A stretch of DNA of 64,000 nt from Phoronis australis (Eukaryota > Animalia > Phoronida), in assembly GCA_002633005.1 (NCBI GenBank), contig NMRA01000001.1, forward strand, positions 3,083,695 to 3,147,694. Reading direction: 5' to 3'. This document shows positions 24,301-37,005 of the stretch, piece after piece (the first letter of the stretch is position 1; each line of letters begins with the position of its first letter). A program made the translations under genes and the position numbers. The notes under the pieces were generated by a model that did no database searches, was not told the origin of the DNA, and saw only the letters and a program-made list of their open reading frames with translations.

Positions 24301-27300
24301 AGACTGAAACATGAAGTTTTATAATTTCTTTTTTAATTAAAATACTGGGCAAACTTTGACAATACGTAAATTAGCACTAGAAAAGAGTTTAGTGAATGCA
24401 ACTAACCTGTGAAAAAATGGCATGTTTACATAACAGTGAGAGAAAGAGTTTTTCACCGTCTCATTCAGTTTCAGTTCCAGTAAGATTTCAACTTTTGTTT
24501 CACCCTGTAATGGAAAACAATTCATTTTGCCACTATGCCTACTGATGAAATATAAAAGACCAAAGTCATCACTTTCTTTTCAACAGCATGACCAAATAAG
24601 AGAATGCTGTCCTGGTTACTCATGCCAATATTTAACAGTTGACAGGATACAGGCTTAGTACCTTTTATTAAAGGACATATTTTAAAGCAAATTTTTTTTC
24701 TGAATTATTTCGTAAGCATCAAGTTTATACGGTGAATTATAGTCCAAAAATCGAGACAACATTGTATCTGGCAACAAACATTTTCCGACATAGCCGTGAC
24801 ATGACGAAGTATGCCTTGTCACTAGATGGCGACGGAGTAGTTAGTGGACAGCGCTCAACATTATTGTGAGGGCATACGGTGAGATTTCACAGCAATTATG
24901 CATTCTTTGGGATCATCATGTCATCAATTTGTCACTGTTGTGTGGTGGCATATTGAAGTGATTCACAGAAAGTTCAATATCTCAAAATGTCCATGAATGA
25001 AAGAAATTGCGTTTTGTCCCTGTCAGTTCTCGGGACCATCTTGCACACTAGGGTTAGCAACTGGATCACGCGAAACGATGCTTTTGTGCTCACACGACAC
25101 CAAAGAAACGTAACTAGAATGTTGCATAATGCTCCAGTGTGAAATTGTTCTTTGCCAGCAAGTGATGCAGAAGCAGAAGACAGTAGTCACATGAGCAGAC
25201 GTCATTAAGTCTCCTAATTCTACAGAGGATTCTACATTAGGTGTTGTCTACAATTACTGGTTTCTTCAAAGCAAACAAAAGGCATGGTGTATGAGGGGTG
25301 AAAGACTAGTGTACTTTTGAAACTTTTTGAAAATGTCAGTGAAAATCATCGGACAGAAAGAGAGGAAAATCAAATTTTTTAGAAAATTAGTACTTTTCAT
25401 GAAGAAGAAGGAATAGTCCTGCCAGCCAAAAGTGTGTGTTTTGTATGCTTTTTAAATTTTTGGTAATTATTGAAACCCCTTACCTTCATCTGATAATATC
25501 CTTTGATTGGCAACTGTGGTAGCTTGGCAGTGTAGTTACAGAGTATAATGTCCTCACCAGATGGAGTGAATCTCATCTTCCTCAGTCCCAGCACAGGCTT
25601 GGCACCAACAGACACTGTGTCTTGAACAAACAAAAGAGAAACGGTGTTTTGTGCTCATTAATCCTCAAACTTCTGTCTATAATAATCTGGATTTACATGC
25701 TTATGAAAGTATCATTCTGCCATGATGTTAAACAGTGCGAAAAATAAGGTCGTGACGCCTGTTGAGTATTAAAGTGAATTGCTAACAAGACGCCTTGATC
25801 AAGGGTGTGTAACGTAGGTGCAAGAATACGAATCGTGTGTAAGATCGGCAATACCATGCAAAATCACGTGTCAAGGGAAGGGTGAGTGCTTCACAACGCA
25901 AGAATACTAAGAACCTTACTAGTGTACCCTAACAAAACAGCAGCCACTTAAGTGTTTGGTTGGTGACCTGGAGAGTTGAATTATGGGATAAAATTCCCGC
26001 ATAAGCAATTATTTCTCATTGCAAGTGCTTTGGGGGTGTCTTAAGTCTACGGAATGCAGCTCTGTTAGCAAGCATGGAGTGGATGCAGAGAGAGGTCAAT
26101 GCAAAAAAAACAAAACAATAACTTGACTATAATAGGGCCGTCCCCTATTATACGGCGATAGAACTCTCCTTTGTCCCGGAGATAAGAAAGAGCGTGACCT
26201 CATTTTGAAAATCAGACACATTTTCGTGTCTCTCATTGATGACGTAAGGCAAAGAACATTACACATCCACCAGTATTTGTCCAGTTCGTCAAACTTTCTC
26301 ACGTCGGAGTTGCAGCCCACAGCACAGCAGTAATACTTCATTGGCATTGGAAGGACGAATAGAGTAAATTAATGCAACTTGTAAAGAATCGGACAACTAA
26401 CATGTGAAAGTCCAACGGCACGAAAACGAGGCAGAAAATGTGTCTGATGGCATTGTGGGTAAATACAGCGAGTGTCCCTGTGTAATCCACGGCAGCCCAA
26501 ATGACACAAAGGTCATGTGCCAGCCAACTGTAGCCTCAAGATGCAATAAACTCCAAGTTCTTCCTTAGCCAAAAATTGCTTCTGACTTGAATTTAATGAT
26601 TAGTTCTAGCCCAATTTGATAACATCAGGTGGTCTAAATTCAAAAATATTTTTGAGAAAAGGCAAATTAGTGCCCATAAACCCTCAACAATAATTCCGGA
26701 GACTTTTTATACTTTCGACTGATTTTTCAAAGAGAAATGATTGCTCAATTCTGCAACATTTTAAAGCCTGCACATCAGTAACGATATCTATAACTTAAAA
26801 GTTCGAAAAATACAAGATTTTGTAATAGTCGGCAGCCATAATTTATCCTGGATAGAAACTTACCAGCTTTAAGAAAGTCTGCATCAGCACTCTGCGTACA
26901 CGGGTGAACAACAAGATGGCTGACAGGTACCGGATGGGCTCCGACTGACCGCAGGTTAAAAGACACTTCTGGCAACACTCCCTCGAGATCAGCCTTACAC
27001 GTCACAATCCCAAACACGTCCCATTTGTCTTGGAGGTTCTTCTTGTCATACTGAACAACACAATGACAAATATGAAGGCACAGCAGCAGCAGCCTCTTAT
27101 TCACGAGGTACAGCACATGGCGGAAATTGACAACTCATTTTATTTAGGATCAGTCAGTGTATTTAGTTACATATCCATAAAATTATAGATTTTAATAAAG
27201 TAAAAGTAATTTTCTAAAAGTAGACAGACTGCAGAATTTTATTTTTTTACTCAATATCAATATGCAATTAACTGAGTCATGTGACCAAGTATTTTTAATG

Positions 27301-30300
27301 AAATTCAACAAAAAATAAACTAAGGCTCATTCATAGCAAAACAACTGCTTCAGTAACATGACAAAATTTCATTTGATACTAATATTCAAGATGAAAACTC
27401 AAAAACACTGTTAATCTTCTAAATTGTCATTTTACGTAAATTTTGAGCTTTTCCAAAAAAATCATAGATTAAAGAACTTTTTTTTGTTAGCCAAATACCA
27501 CGTTTTGGAGAACAGAGTATAAAGTATGGTATCTTGAAATTTTCATACGAATCCGATAAATTTCTGAGTGCACTTGAAGCTTAAGAAGTTAGCTACATTT
27601 TAGCAAGTGCGTGAAAATAAGATTTTGAGCAATCCCACATTGACAGGTGGGTAAGGTTTGTTGGAAAGCCTTTACTAGCTGTTGATAAGTGAAATGCCTA
27701 CTTGCACAGCTCTTATCTGTTCTGTTACAGCCAAATGTAACGTGCCCTTGGGTTTCGCATTAACCACCCTCCAGGCAGGTTGCTGTAAAGTAAACAATAG
27801 TTGCTAACATAAACAAATTATAGGCACAATTGTTGAATGATGAAAGCTAAGAGCATAATTATTTGATTAAAACATGACGGAATTTAAATGACCCACCTGT
27901 GAGCCTATCGAAAATGATACAGGCATACCAGAAGGGGATATGCCGGTATTAACAGGGATCTGGGTGGTCCCAGGGAAAGCAGGGTTAATGTTAAATTCAC
28001 TGTGGATTTGTAAATTTTTACCATGTTGATTTTATTTTTACTAGCAAGATATTGAATAAGTTCGATTTGAACTGCTTTTTAAGCTTGATATTATGTATAC
28101 ACTAAATTATACAACATCTCATTGCAAAAACTAACATCATAAAAACAACCTTTGGCATGTTATGAGAAATTCTTTCCTCCGACAATTTTCCCTAACGGTC
28201 CACTATGCATACTAATTTCCTCACAAAAAGCTAATACAGGGCTTCACAAACAATCAATCTAAATTGTCACATCCCAAAATACCACAGTGCAATCTCTGAT
28301 ATTTACCCACAATGCTACAAACCAGTAGATCACTCGTTCCACTGTAATGCGCTGCTGCCATGTAAATTACTAATTTATGCCATAATTATTTGAACATTGA
28401 TTACCATAAGGCCTAGAAAGTTTTACTGTTGCACAGTGGGGTGTAGTGCCAACAGTATTGACAAGTTGAGTGAGGCGCAATAAATCACTCTTTCTTTGTC
28501 TTACTCCCCTCTAATGACTGTTAACAGCCTTTCAAAAAGCATTTCAATAATAATCTGCATTTTTCTACCTCTGTGAAATACGAGTGGAATCCAGGATGTG
28601 GGTACTGACAGAAACACGAATAATAAAAGTTATGCTAATTTACAGTTGAATGAGCGATTTCAATACCTTAAAACTTGGGTTGACACCACTGGGTCTGTAT
28701 GAGAGAACGTGTCGAACATTGTCAGTGCTGACATCTACTGGACGCCCAAACGGGGCAGCTTGCGTTAAGTATAGAAACAGCTCCATGAACCTAGGATGGG
28801 TCTAAAAACAGAAGTGTGTTGATCAGGCAAGAATACCAAATTTAAGAATTGCATATATTAGCTGTTAAAGCCAACAATAATTCAAGCCATGACACAATAT
28901 ACAGAGGACTGCTCTCAAATCAGAAAAAGATGGCGCAATTCCCAGGCGACAGTGCAATTGAATGGAAAAAGAAAACCAAGAATCAAAATAACTCTGGACA
29001 GTCATAACTCTTGTAAATAAGCACAAGCACCAGTAGTTCCAGAGCAGACAGTGTGACCTAATGAGATAAGTCTGCTTCTTTTGCTTAAGGTCATGGGTCC
29101 AAGTCCGACTGGGGCACACTGCTAGACCCTTGGGTCCAGTCCCTAGCTTTTCAACTTGGTTTAAACTATATACTAACAAAGCACAAAAATAGTTCCAGGT
29201 GTTCAGAGCAATGGGTCCACCTGAGCAACCCGTGCACGTGTGGTACAACATGCACCTGACAATCTGCAATTATTGTTTATATTATAATTCCAATTTTATT
29301 ATGTTCTGAATGACTTGCAGAAATAGTGTCCTGTGGTACTGAGTCTGTAAAAACTAAACACGTTGGAAGATATATACAATTCTCCAGATTTTATTCATTA
29401 ACCAAAATAAGGTGAAAAGATGGAAATGTCTTGCTAATATTAAAGAAACATAGCTTCGAGTACAGAGGATATTTCAAATACAGTTGCTGACACAATGGGC
29501 AGACATATTAAGTAATCAGGTTATCAGTTGACGAAGGCTATCTGACAAAATGTACAAGCAACAATCTCTCCAATCATTACATACTAACCTCCTCAACTAT
29601 AGTTGATAGTCTTCCCATGAAGTCTGCCATACCCATTAATAACGAAATTCCAGCAGGAATACCACCTCTGAAACATGATGTAATTGTTTGGTAAACAGAG
29701 AACAATGTATAGCATAGTTATTTGAGTTAACGGTTTTCGTGACACAATCCAAGTCAAAAGTATTCAAAGAAAAGGACCTGGAATTACCCCGTCCCATCAT
29801 GACAGGTGGGCAGTGGAGACAGATTTGCCATCAGAGTAGTCTTCCGTCATGTAGACTGAGAAGAAAAGGAAATTTAGAGGAAAGTTTGAAAAGTGGCTAC
29901 GGCAATCTGTAATTAGAGTTTTGTCATCCTAATAGTGATCACCATTCACTTTGGCTGTTAACATTGTCTCATTGTTTCTTTGCTGCGAATGATGAATTTA
30001 GAAAGTGAAGAAAGTCTAGACATGAGACTGCACAATTAAGGACAAAGACACTTGTCCGTGCTTTTTTACGATTATTCATGACACACAAAAATTTTTGCTT
30101 TATTCCGCAAAACATTTTCAAAACTCACACACAGATGAGTGATGGTCTGTTTGCAGATCCTTGATCCACCAGAGGGAGACAGCAGTATATCAGACCAAAC
30201 TGAAACAAAGAGCATGAATATATAAGAAACTGGAAGGTTCACATCTCAGCTATTACAAAATAACACTGGAGCTGAACAATTAACTAAATTTTGGTATGTG

Positions 30301-33300
30301 TAAAATCTAATCGACACAGAGCCAAATACAAGCATTTAGTTCAGCACATTGTGAATTTCACTACAAAACAACTTTTTCTCATTCAGTGTTCATCTCAGAC
30401 ACTGGGGGAGGAGAAATTGCAACAAGATTCATAGTTGAATATTCCTTAAAACCAATTGTCTGTTATCAGATATGCAAGTCATTAAGCCCGCCCTGAAATA
30501 GCAAAGCACCACTCTCATTCTAAGGTATTTACCCACAATGCAACACGTGTCAAGCTTTCATCCTGCTTCTTGACATACAAATGTATGAGTCACCAACTCA
30601 GATCCTAATCATTAAGTGATTCACTTGTGTAATGCAGGCAAACTTGCATTACTGCATTTTGAACTGTAGTGCTGACACCGAGAAATCGGCAAAAGGCCAA
30701 TTTGAGTGCTGGATGCACAATGTATTGATCATGTCTTGTTAATTAGTTCAGGAGTACCTGACGTCTGTCACAAAATGCATTTTCCAGAGGAGAGTTAGAT
30801 ATTCAGGAAGGGCAAATTATCTACCAGCATTTTCGCACGAGTTACATTTAAAAATTATACCCACTCACCCTGATCACCTGCAGTCACCACATGACCATAC
30901 CTTTTGTGTTTCGAACATAATAAACCTAATTTGGTGGGAATAATTACAGGTGCAGTACTTTCTAACAAAGATTTACAAGCTCAATTAACTCGGGCGTGTC
31001 TTTATGAATAAGCTTGACTTGCTGCTTGGCTGGGGCATACCTTGTTATCCCCAGAATTCCCTTAATGTCCTACCAGGCCAAGAGGGATAAAGCACCCTGC
31101 TTATCCTAGTCTTGAAGTACCAAGGTCTGTAAATGCTATTCTCATGTTATGTAAAAGGAATACAATCTCAATGAAACTAATATTTTTTTATTTTTCATCT
31201 CATTGAGGGCTTTTTGTGATTCAAAAATAAAACTCATGATTATTTGCTCAGGAATTCAGAACGGATTTGGAACTTGTAATTTCAAAGTTTATGTTAGTAG
31301 GATTGGGCAACCCGAAGATTGGTGTCATAAATGCTACAATGGAGTCAATCAGTTGTAAAAAAAGAGGTCAGCAGCAGGGCTGCTTACTTAATTCTAACCT
31401 ATTGAGAACAACAAGTAACAGCAAACTAGAGAAAGTTGTCATGATTTACAACGAAGAGGATGTAATTTCCGATAACCCTTTTTATTTAGAGATTAAAATT
31501 ATACTAGTACAATAGAAAGCACTTGATATCCTTGAGGTTATCTGTAAGCTTATTACAGAGTCTTTGCATTAGTCAAATATTGATATAAATGAATACTCAC
31601 TCGGCCAATGAAAGTAATTTATTTTCCGACAGTAAAAAGCTAGTAGAATTTGAGTTTTGACTTCATACAAATGTGCTATTAATTTATTTTATTTATTTAT
31701 ATTTTAAATGATGGTGACCTCTTCAGTGATAGCACTGCTCTCCAAGAGGGACCTGAACTAGTTTTTTTTTATAAAATCAAGCAAATTTAAAATACATTCA
31801 TTGCAAAATGTCAGTATTAATAAGCCCATTCATGCGAGTAAAAATTTTGGGGGAAAATTGAAGAATTACACAACTTTCATAGGACTTATTGTCTAGGTAA
31901 ACAAGAATGTTCAAGTTAGTCTATTAAAACTAATTCTTTTTCAAGAAAACCATTTGGATACTAAGAAGCACATTTCCCTTATGCCATAAATACAGAGCCG
32001 TCACTCAAATAGCGCGGAAGGTGCTAAGGTCATCTGAATGGGGTCACCACCGACTGTTTTGTCAGTGCTGAAGCACTGGCAAGTTGAAATTGATTATTGT
32101 GTATTGCGGGGATTCTAACCGCAAATGAATTTTTCATCGTTCACATTTTTAGCCAGGCAAAGAGATTGTTACTTAATTTTTCATCATTTTTTGAAAGGCA
32201 AATGAAGCCAACGTTTGACAAAATCAAGGCGTCGTGGCCTCTGTAAATATTGGCAATAAGTAGGTCCAATAACATCTCACAGAACAGCATGTTCTATTGA
32301 AATGTTTGGGCATTACCATCAACTCACTTGTTCAATAACCACAACAGGCCAGAGAGTACCTTTAACAGTGACTATTTCAAACACAGGTTTGTGATTGTAG
32401 CGTGCGCAGGAATCCCGACGGGCGTTGAACTGAAAAAATAAATCACACATCAAAACACAAAGAGACGCACACATACACTATTATTACTATTATAAATTAA
32501 CACAGCTAAAAATTAAAATATTCTTACAAGCTCGACTGTAATTTTTAATCTGATTGCAACACTGATAACTACTACCGCCTGTATCCTAAATCTAGTTTCA
32601 CCTTCTGAATAGAGATCCAGTCGTAAACATGGACCAATGTGGTTGGTCAAAGCTGTACATAAAATGCTGGAGTTCTAGCTAACCACATGCAATTGCACTA
32701 CTTTGAACTTGTAATTTGATCTCCTGCCACTGCACTAGAAGGCTCCAGACATCCGATTTCTTAAACTCCCATATTAACCGAGAGAACACAATCTACTGTT
32801 GAGTCAGTATTCCCTATATGTGTGTAAATAGGCTCATGCATCATTTCCTGAAATAATGTGTATTTTTCGAATAAATTTTTGCATGAGTGTTCTGCAATAT
32901 AGATATGTATCCTATGCTCTAGTTGTAAGCCCAGACAACCAACTTGTCAACAATAACAAGTTCAAAATTGGGCGTTTCAATGTCAGTGTCTTTCGTTCAG
33001 TACAAATGCTTTTTCATTTAACTGCAGAATACACATCAACATGGGCCGTTTTGTAACAACTAAGTTAAGCTTTGTCCACATCTTATTAAACAAAGCTGCT
33101 CTGGAGCTGCAACCCTCACCCCTGAATATGGTAGACACGTGTGCCTAATGTAAGCTTCCATGGCACATCGGCCTAAATATGCACATTCATAAATTGTGAC
33201 CAATCTTACATGACTTATCGAGTTATTCAAGCCCAGCTGGTCCACCAACACTTCCTCCATGTATTTCACTGTGGGTACTGGCACATAGTTTTCACCTTCA

Positions 33301-34369
33301 ACCTTCTGGGCTTGACATTCAACAGTTGGGAAAGTCCTGCAACAATTGAAATACTCAAAATGAAATTAACATGGCCATTGACTCATGTATGTGGTGTTCA
33401 AGACTCATTTTATCCAATGGATAGCCATTTTCCAATGGTGGAAAAATTTTAAATAAACTCCGTCACTCATTTGATAAACTATTTTGGTGGGCAATCGCTC
33501 AGCGCCATCTATAGTTTATGTGTGATGCTGGTGGCCAAAGCCAGGTGATTCCGCAGCATTTTTATTATTTTTTTTTTTTGGAAAAAAACACAATGAAAGA
33601 GTGACTTCCAAATGGAAGGGGCTAACGATACAAGCCCTTTTTGAGTCCACCCTATCAATTGGCAGATATCTGCTGTCTCATAATAATTGAGTGCCCACCC
33701 CGCCCAGGCTGATGTTGATTAAATACAAATTATAGAGCCCACCAGCACAATCCAGAGAATATATTCAGGGCTTGGAGCATTGTAGATAGTACCACCATCT
33801 CAGCTGGCAGTAGACAGTGGCCATCCCATAGCTAGGCCCTCCATATGCCACAAATTTTGTTGAGAATTATGCCTCTCACTGATTAAATTATCATCAAAGT
33901 CATGTTGCTATAAGTAGCCCTAATTATTGCACATAGAGGGACACCTTAGGAGGTCATTGATGTCTTTAATTCCATCTAACTCGAATAAATACACCCCGAT
34001 AAACAAACTTTTCTTCGAACAATCCTTCGTTCAGTAGCCCGCCCAAATCGGCAGCAGGCCATTTTTACACTGCTCATGCCAGGGTACGTCAGTGAAACTG
34101 CTGAGTGAGTATGTAACCAGGTAAGTAAAACGTTTGTTTCACATCAGAACACGGGGCGTGCACTGTACTACCACAACTTCAACTTACAACTACAAGTCAG
34201 CGGATCATAACGACATAACAGGACTGGGACTCAAATTCTCATTTCAGTTATTCACAACAATCGTTGCTAGGGAAACAGGAACTCACTTTGCAAAGAGAAG
34301 TCGTCCTGGACTTTGCGTCGTTCCATCTCCAATAGGGAAAGACAGAATCCACACTGCTCTAACGCTCAT
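21342..34369 (-). CDS. AP5M1: AP-5 complex subunit mu-1, complete, 14 coding exons, 497 aa
   Basis: Exons 34369-34287, 33336-33210, 32429-32328, 30199-30129, 29667-29589, 28801-28667, 27782-27702, 27050-26864, 25620-25484, 24504-24407, 23711-23623, 23210-23080, 22822-22726, 21418-21342; all GT-AG, 1494 nt in frame. Motifs MSVRAVWIL, FPTVE, RDSC, LWPVV, QAAPFG, QPAW, YDK..VTCKADLEG, GQKFPKS and DYKIWNS match AP5M1. Confidence 0.95.
22065..22634. mobile_element. Harbinger/Tourist-like MITE with ~40-bp TIRs and 3-bp TSD (TGA)
   Basis: GGGCTGTTCCAGTAAAATCTGTATGGGAGGGGGGGAAGGCA is imperfectly inverted at the right end (TGCCTTCCCCCCCTCCCACACAGTTTTTGCTAGAACAGCCC); TGA on both flanks. Confidence 0.8.
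23250..23560 (+). repeat. Dispersed repeat fragment, related to 24670-25130
   Basis: Shared block TTGTCA...TTGTGTGGTGG...TGATTC...CAATATCTCAAAATGTCC(G/A)TGAA in both regions. Confidence 0.6.
26096..26347 (-). pseudogene. Possible THAP zinc-finger remnant of a DNA transposon, in an AP5M1 intron
   Basis: ORF begins MPMKYYCCAVGCNSDVRK, resembling the THAP N-terminal C-x4-C; the downstream C and H ligands are not evident. Confidence 0.4.
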
Positions 34370-35665
34370 TGTGGCTAAAACCTTGAAACAAATTCAAACA
34401 CTTCCTACTTTCAGCGCCATTTTGTTTGTTTATGCTAGCACGTGACTAGACAATCCGTAACCTAAAAATAGAGCGAGGAATCCCCAGGATGAGCACCCTC
34501 GCATAGGCCCGGCGTCGTGATTTGCGACCACAACTCGGAGGCATCGGTGAACATTATAGGGCAAACAAGGTGCACTTATTCGAGCGTAGCTTGGAACAGA
34601 GAGAGGTAATTTTAGTAAATATTCAGAATTCGAATATTTTGGACAAACTACTGAGCCAGTAACACCCGACCCGGCGCTATCGGCGAAGGCGGGTCCGTCC
34701 TACGTCGGTCCATCACCTTTCAAGACTCAGACATAAAAAGGCCGACCACTTACCACGGACAGATTTCACGGACCATGATAACTATAGTTGGATAGAATTT
34801 GAATGAAAGTCACTGACCAGTCATCAAAAGGCAAATTGCCGGCGCTACACGTACTGAACCGAACTCAAGCTGTCGAAGAAAGGATGTTTTCAGTTGTTGC
34901 TGAATTCAAAAGAGTTCATGTCTGTCTTGAAAAACGAAAATCGATTCTCTCAAGTAAAATCGGTGGATTTCCTAATATTCACCGAGTTTCTTTACCAACT
35001 TTTTTGAGACAGTGGGATACTGACCGGGCCAACCCGGCTGCGACTAACTACTATTCAAATCTGAACAACTTATTCAGCTAAACCTGCACATTCAAAACAT
35101 GCAAATGTGTGAACGGCAAGGAACGGAAGACGATATTCTCGCACTAATCCACGATTCACCTTCTACCGAGCTTTGCCAGTTGAGTGGCCGCCGGCTCCAG
35201 CCTCTTTCCATGATGAAATCTTTCAAAAATCAGAATAAATAAATAAAACATTGAACTACAAATTATAAGAAATAACCAGAAATATGTCTAAATTTGTTCT
35301 GGGAAATTAGGAGAAGTGGAATCCGTCGTGGAATTTCAAAGATCGATGTCCATGGATTTCAGTAAGAGTATTTATAGATCCACAATTTCAAAGATCGATG
35401 TCCATGGATTTAAAGTATTTATAGATCCACAAGTATTCATTTTTCTGACTCATGACTTTTTAATCAACGAAAACTTTGCACACGTCCTGTCTCAGTCGGT
35501 GCACTACGGCAAAGATTTACAGTGATCTTTGACTACCGTGAAAGGTTTTGAGAGGGGAGTCTTGGGATTTCAACGAATTCTTCACCAGGTGTCGCTATTG
35601 TCGATCAGCGCCATATTGGACGAAAGCCGTGCGCTGGTTTTAAAACTCTGAATTGAATGTGGTAA
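34370..35665. promoter_or_regulatory. Probable bidirectional promoter, AP5M1 (-) / PRPF3 (+)
   Basis: Head-to-head genes; CpG-rich; YY1-like CGCCATTTT (~34415) and CGCCATATT (~35609); CTCF-like CACCAGGTGTCGCTA at 35583; + strand donor GTAAGC at 35662. Confidence 0.6.
35332..35432. repeat. Tandem duplication, 2 x ~50 bp
   Basis: ATTTCAAAGATCGATGTCCATGGATTT...GTATTTATAGATCCACAA occurs twice. Confidence 0.85.
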
Positions 35666-36260
35666 GCAAGAACAAAACGTACTGCAAGCCATTTAGCCGT
35701 TACACTACAGGTGACCTGACATTAATACGATTGTTTTAAACATGATTTTGCTCTTAATTTGAATGATCTCCCTAGTGGACATGACTCCAGTCTCTGATTC
35801 GACGATGCCGTCGGACCTGGCACTGGACCTATCTATCGCAGTATCGGCTATCTATTCGGGCACTCATCGGATATAGCGCCTTTTTATAGCGGTCCCTGAT
35901 TTAGAGAACCAGTTTCATCCACTAAGTAACGGGCCCCTTATTCAGTGATTGCCTGGTTTCCTAAATCAGGAACTGCTATATCTGACCAGTGCCGCAACTC
36001 ACTGTTGCTCTTGGTTGTCCGCTTCTTTCGAGCTCATTCAAGAAGTGAATAAGTGGCCCGTGGCGTTAGCGGCGTTATTCAGTGATTGCCTAGTTCTCCA
36101 AAGTCAGGGACAACTATATCTGACCTGTGCCATGTTTTATTTGTCCGGGTCATGTGTTTATAATCTGATGTTCCTGTACTATTTAAAAAGCAATAGTTCA
36201 TATTCCAGCCATAATTTCCGAAGTGCTCATCGCGATGCACCAAAGAAAGTTGGCTAATAA

Positions 36261-36385
36261 TCGGATAGGTGGGTCCCTGATTTAAAATTGATTTGAGAAC
36301 CAGTTACTGGCACTGAATAACTCCCGTTGTTTTGTATAGTAACTGGTTCTCAAATCACTTTTAAATCAGGGACCCATCTATCCGA
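36261..36385. repeat. Short palindromic element with ~48-bp arms in PRPF3 intron 1 (further copies 36527-36660, fragments 35890-36130)
   Basis: TCGGATAGGTGGGTCCCTGATTTAAAATTGATTTGAGAACCAGTTACT is nearly perfectly inverted at 36338-36385. Confidence 0.85.
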
Positions 36386-37005
36386 CTGTTACTGAAAGTT
36401 GACCACCCATTCATAACACATTGCAGAGTTCAGATTTGATTGACAAAACATTTGCCCAAGATCCCCTTAAAATGTGCAATGTATGAGTAAAACGTGGGTA
36501 CTGGCAGTAATAGGAAATGGAAAAAGGTAATAGTTGGATAGGTGGGCACCTGATTAAAATTGATTTGAGAACCAGCTGCAAGCTCTAAATAATGGGCGTT
36601 ATTCAGTGGGAGTAACTGGTTCTCAAATCAGTTACTCATGTATCTGACTATTACTGAAAAAGGCACGGTTATTGTCAACATCTTTGCTTCCTAATAGTTT
36701 ATCTGTCCAAACCCAGTGGCTGTAGATAAAAACGTATTTTTAATTATATGATTAGCTGGTTACCATCAGGAATACGGCTTCTTGCCTAAGTTTGCTTGTG
36801 TATTGATTAGCCCTCTTCAGGTGTCATATTACAGAAGACACTATTGTTCTGTAAAACACTCCAATTTTGAACACTGTAGATGGTAAACAGTCTTCAGCCT
36901 CTGAGAGCACATGCAGTTTCACTATTAAGCAAAGACTAACAGCATGGAATATTATGTTTGTCTAACTGTTCTTCACTTTTCTTTCAGGTGTTCTGATATA
37001 GTAAA

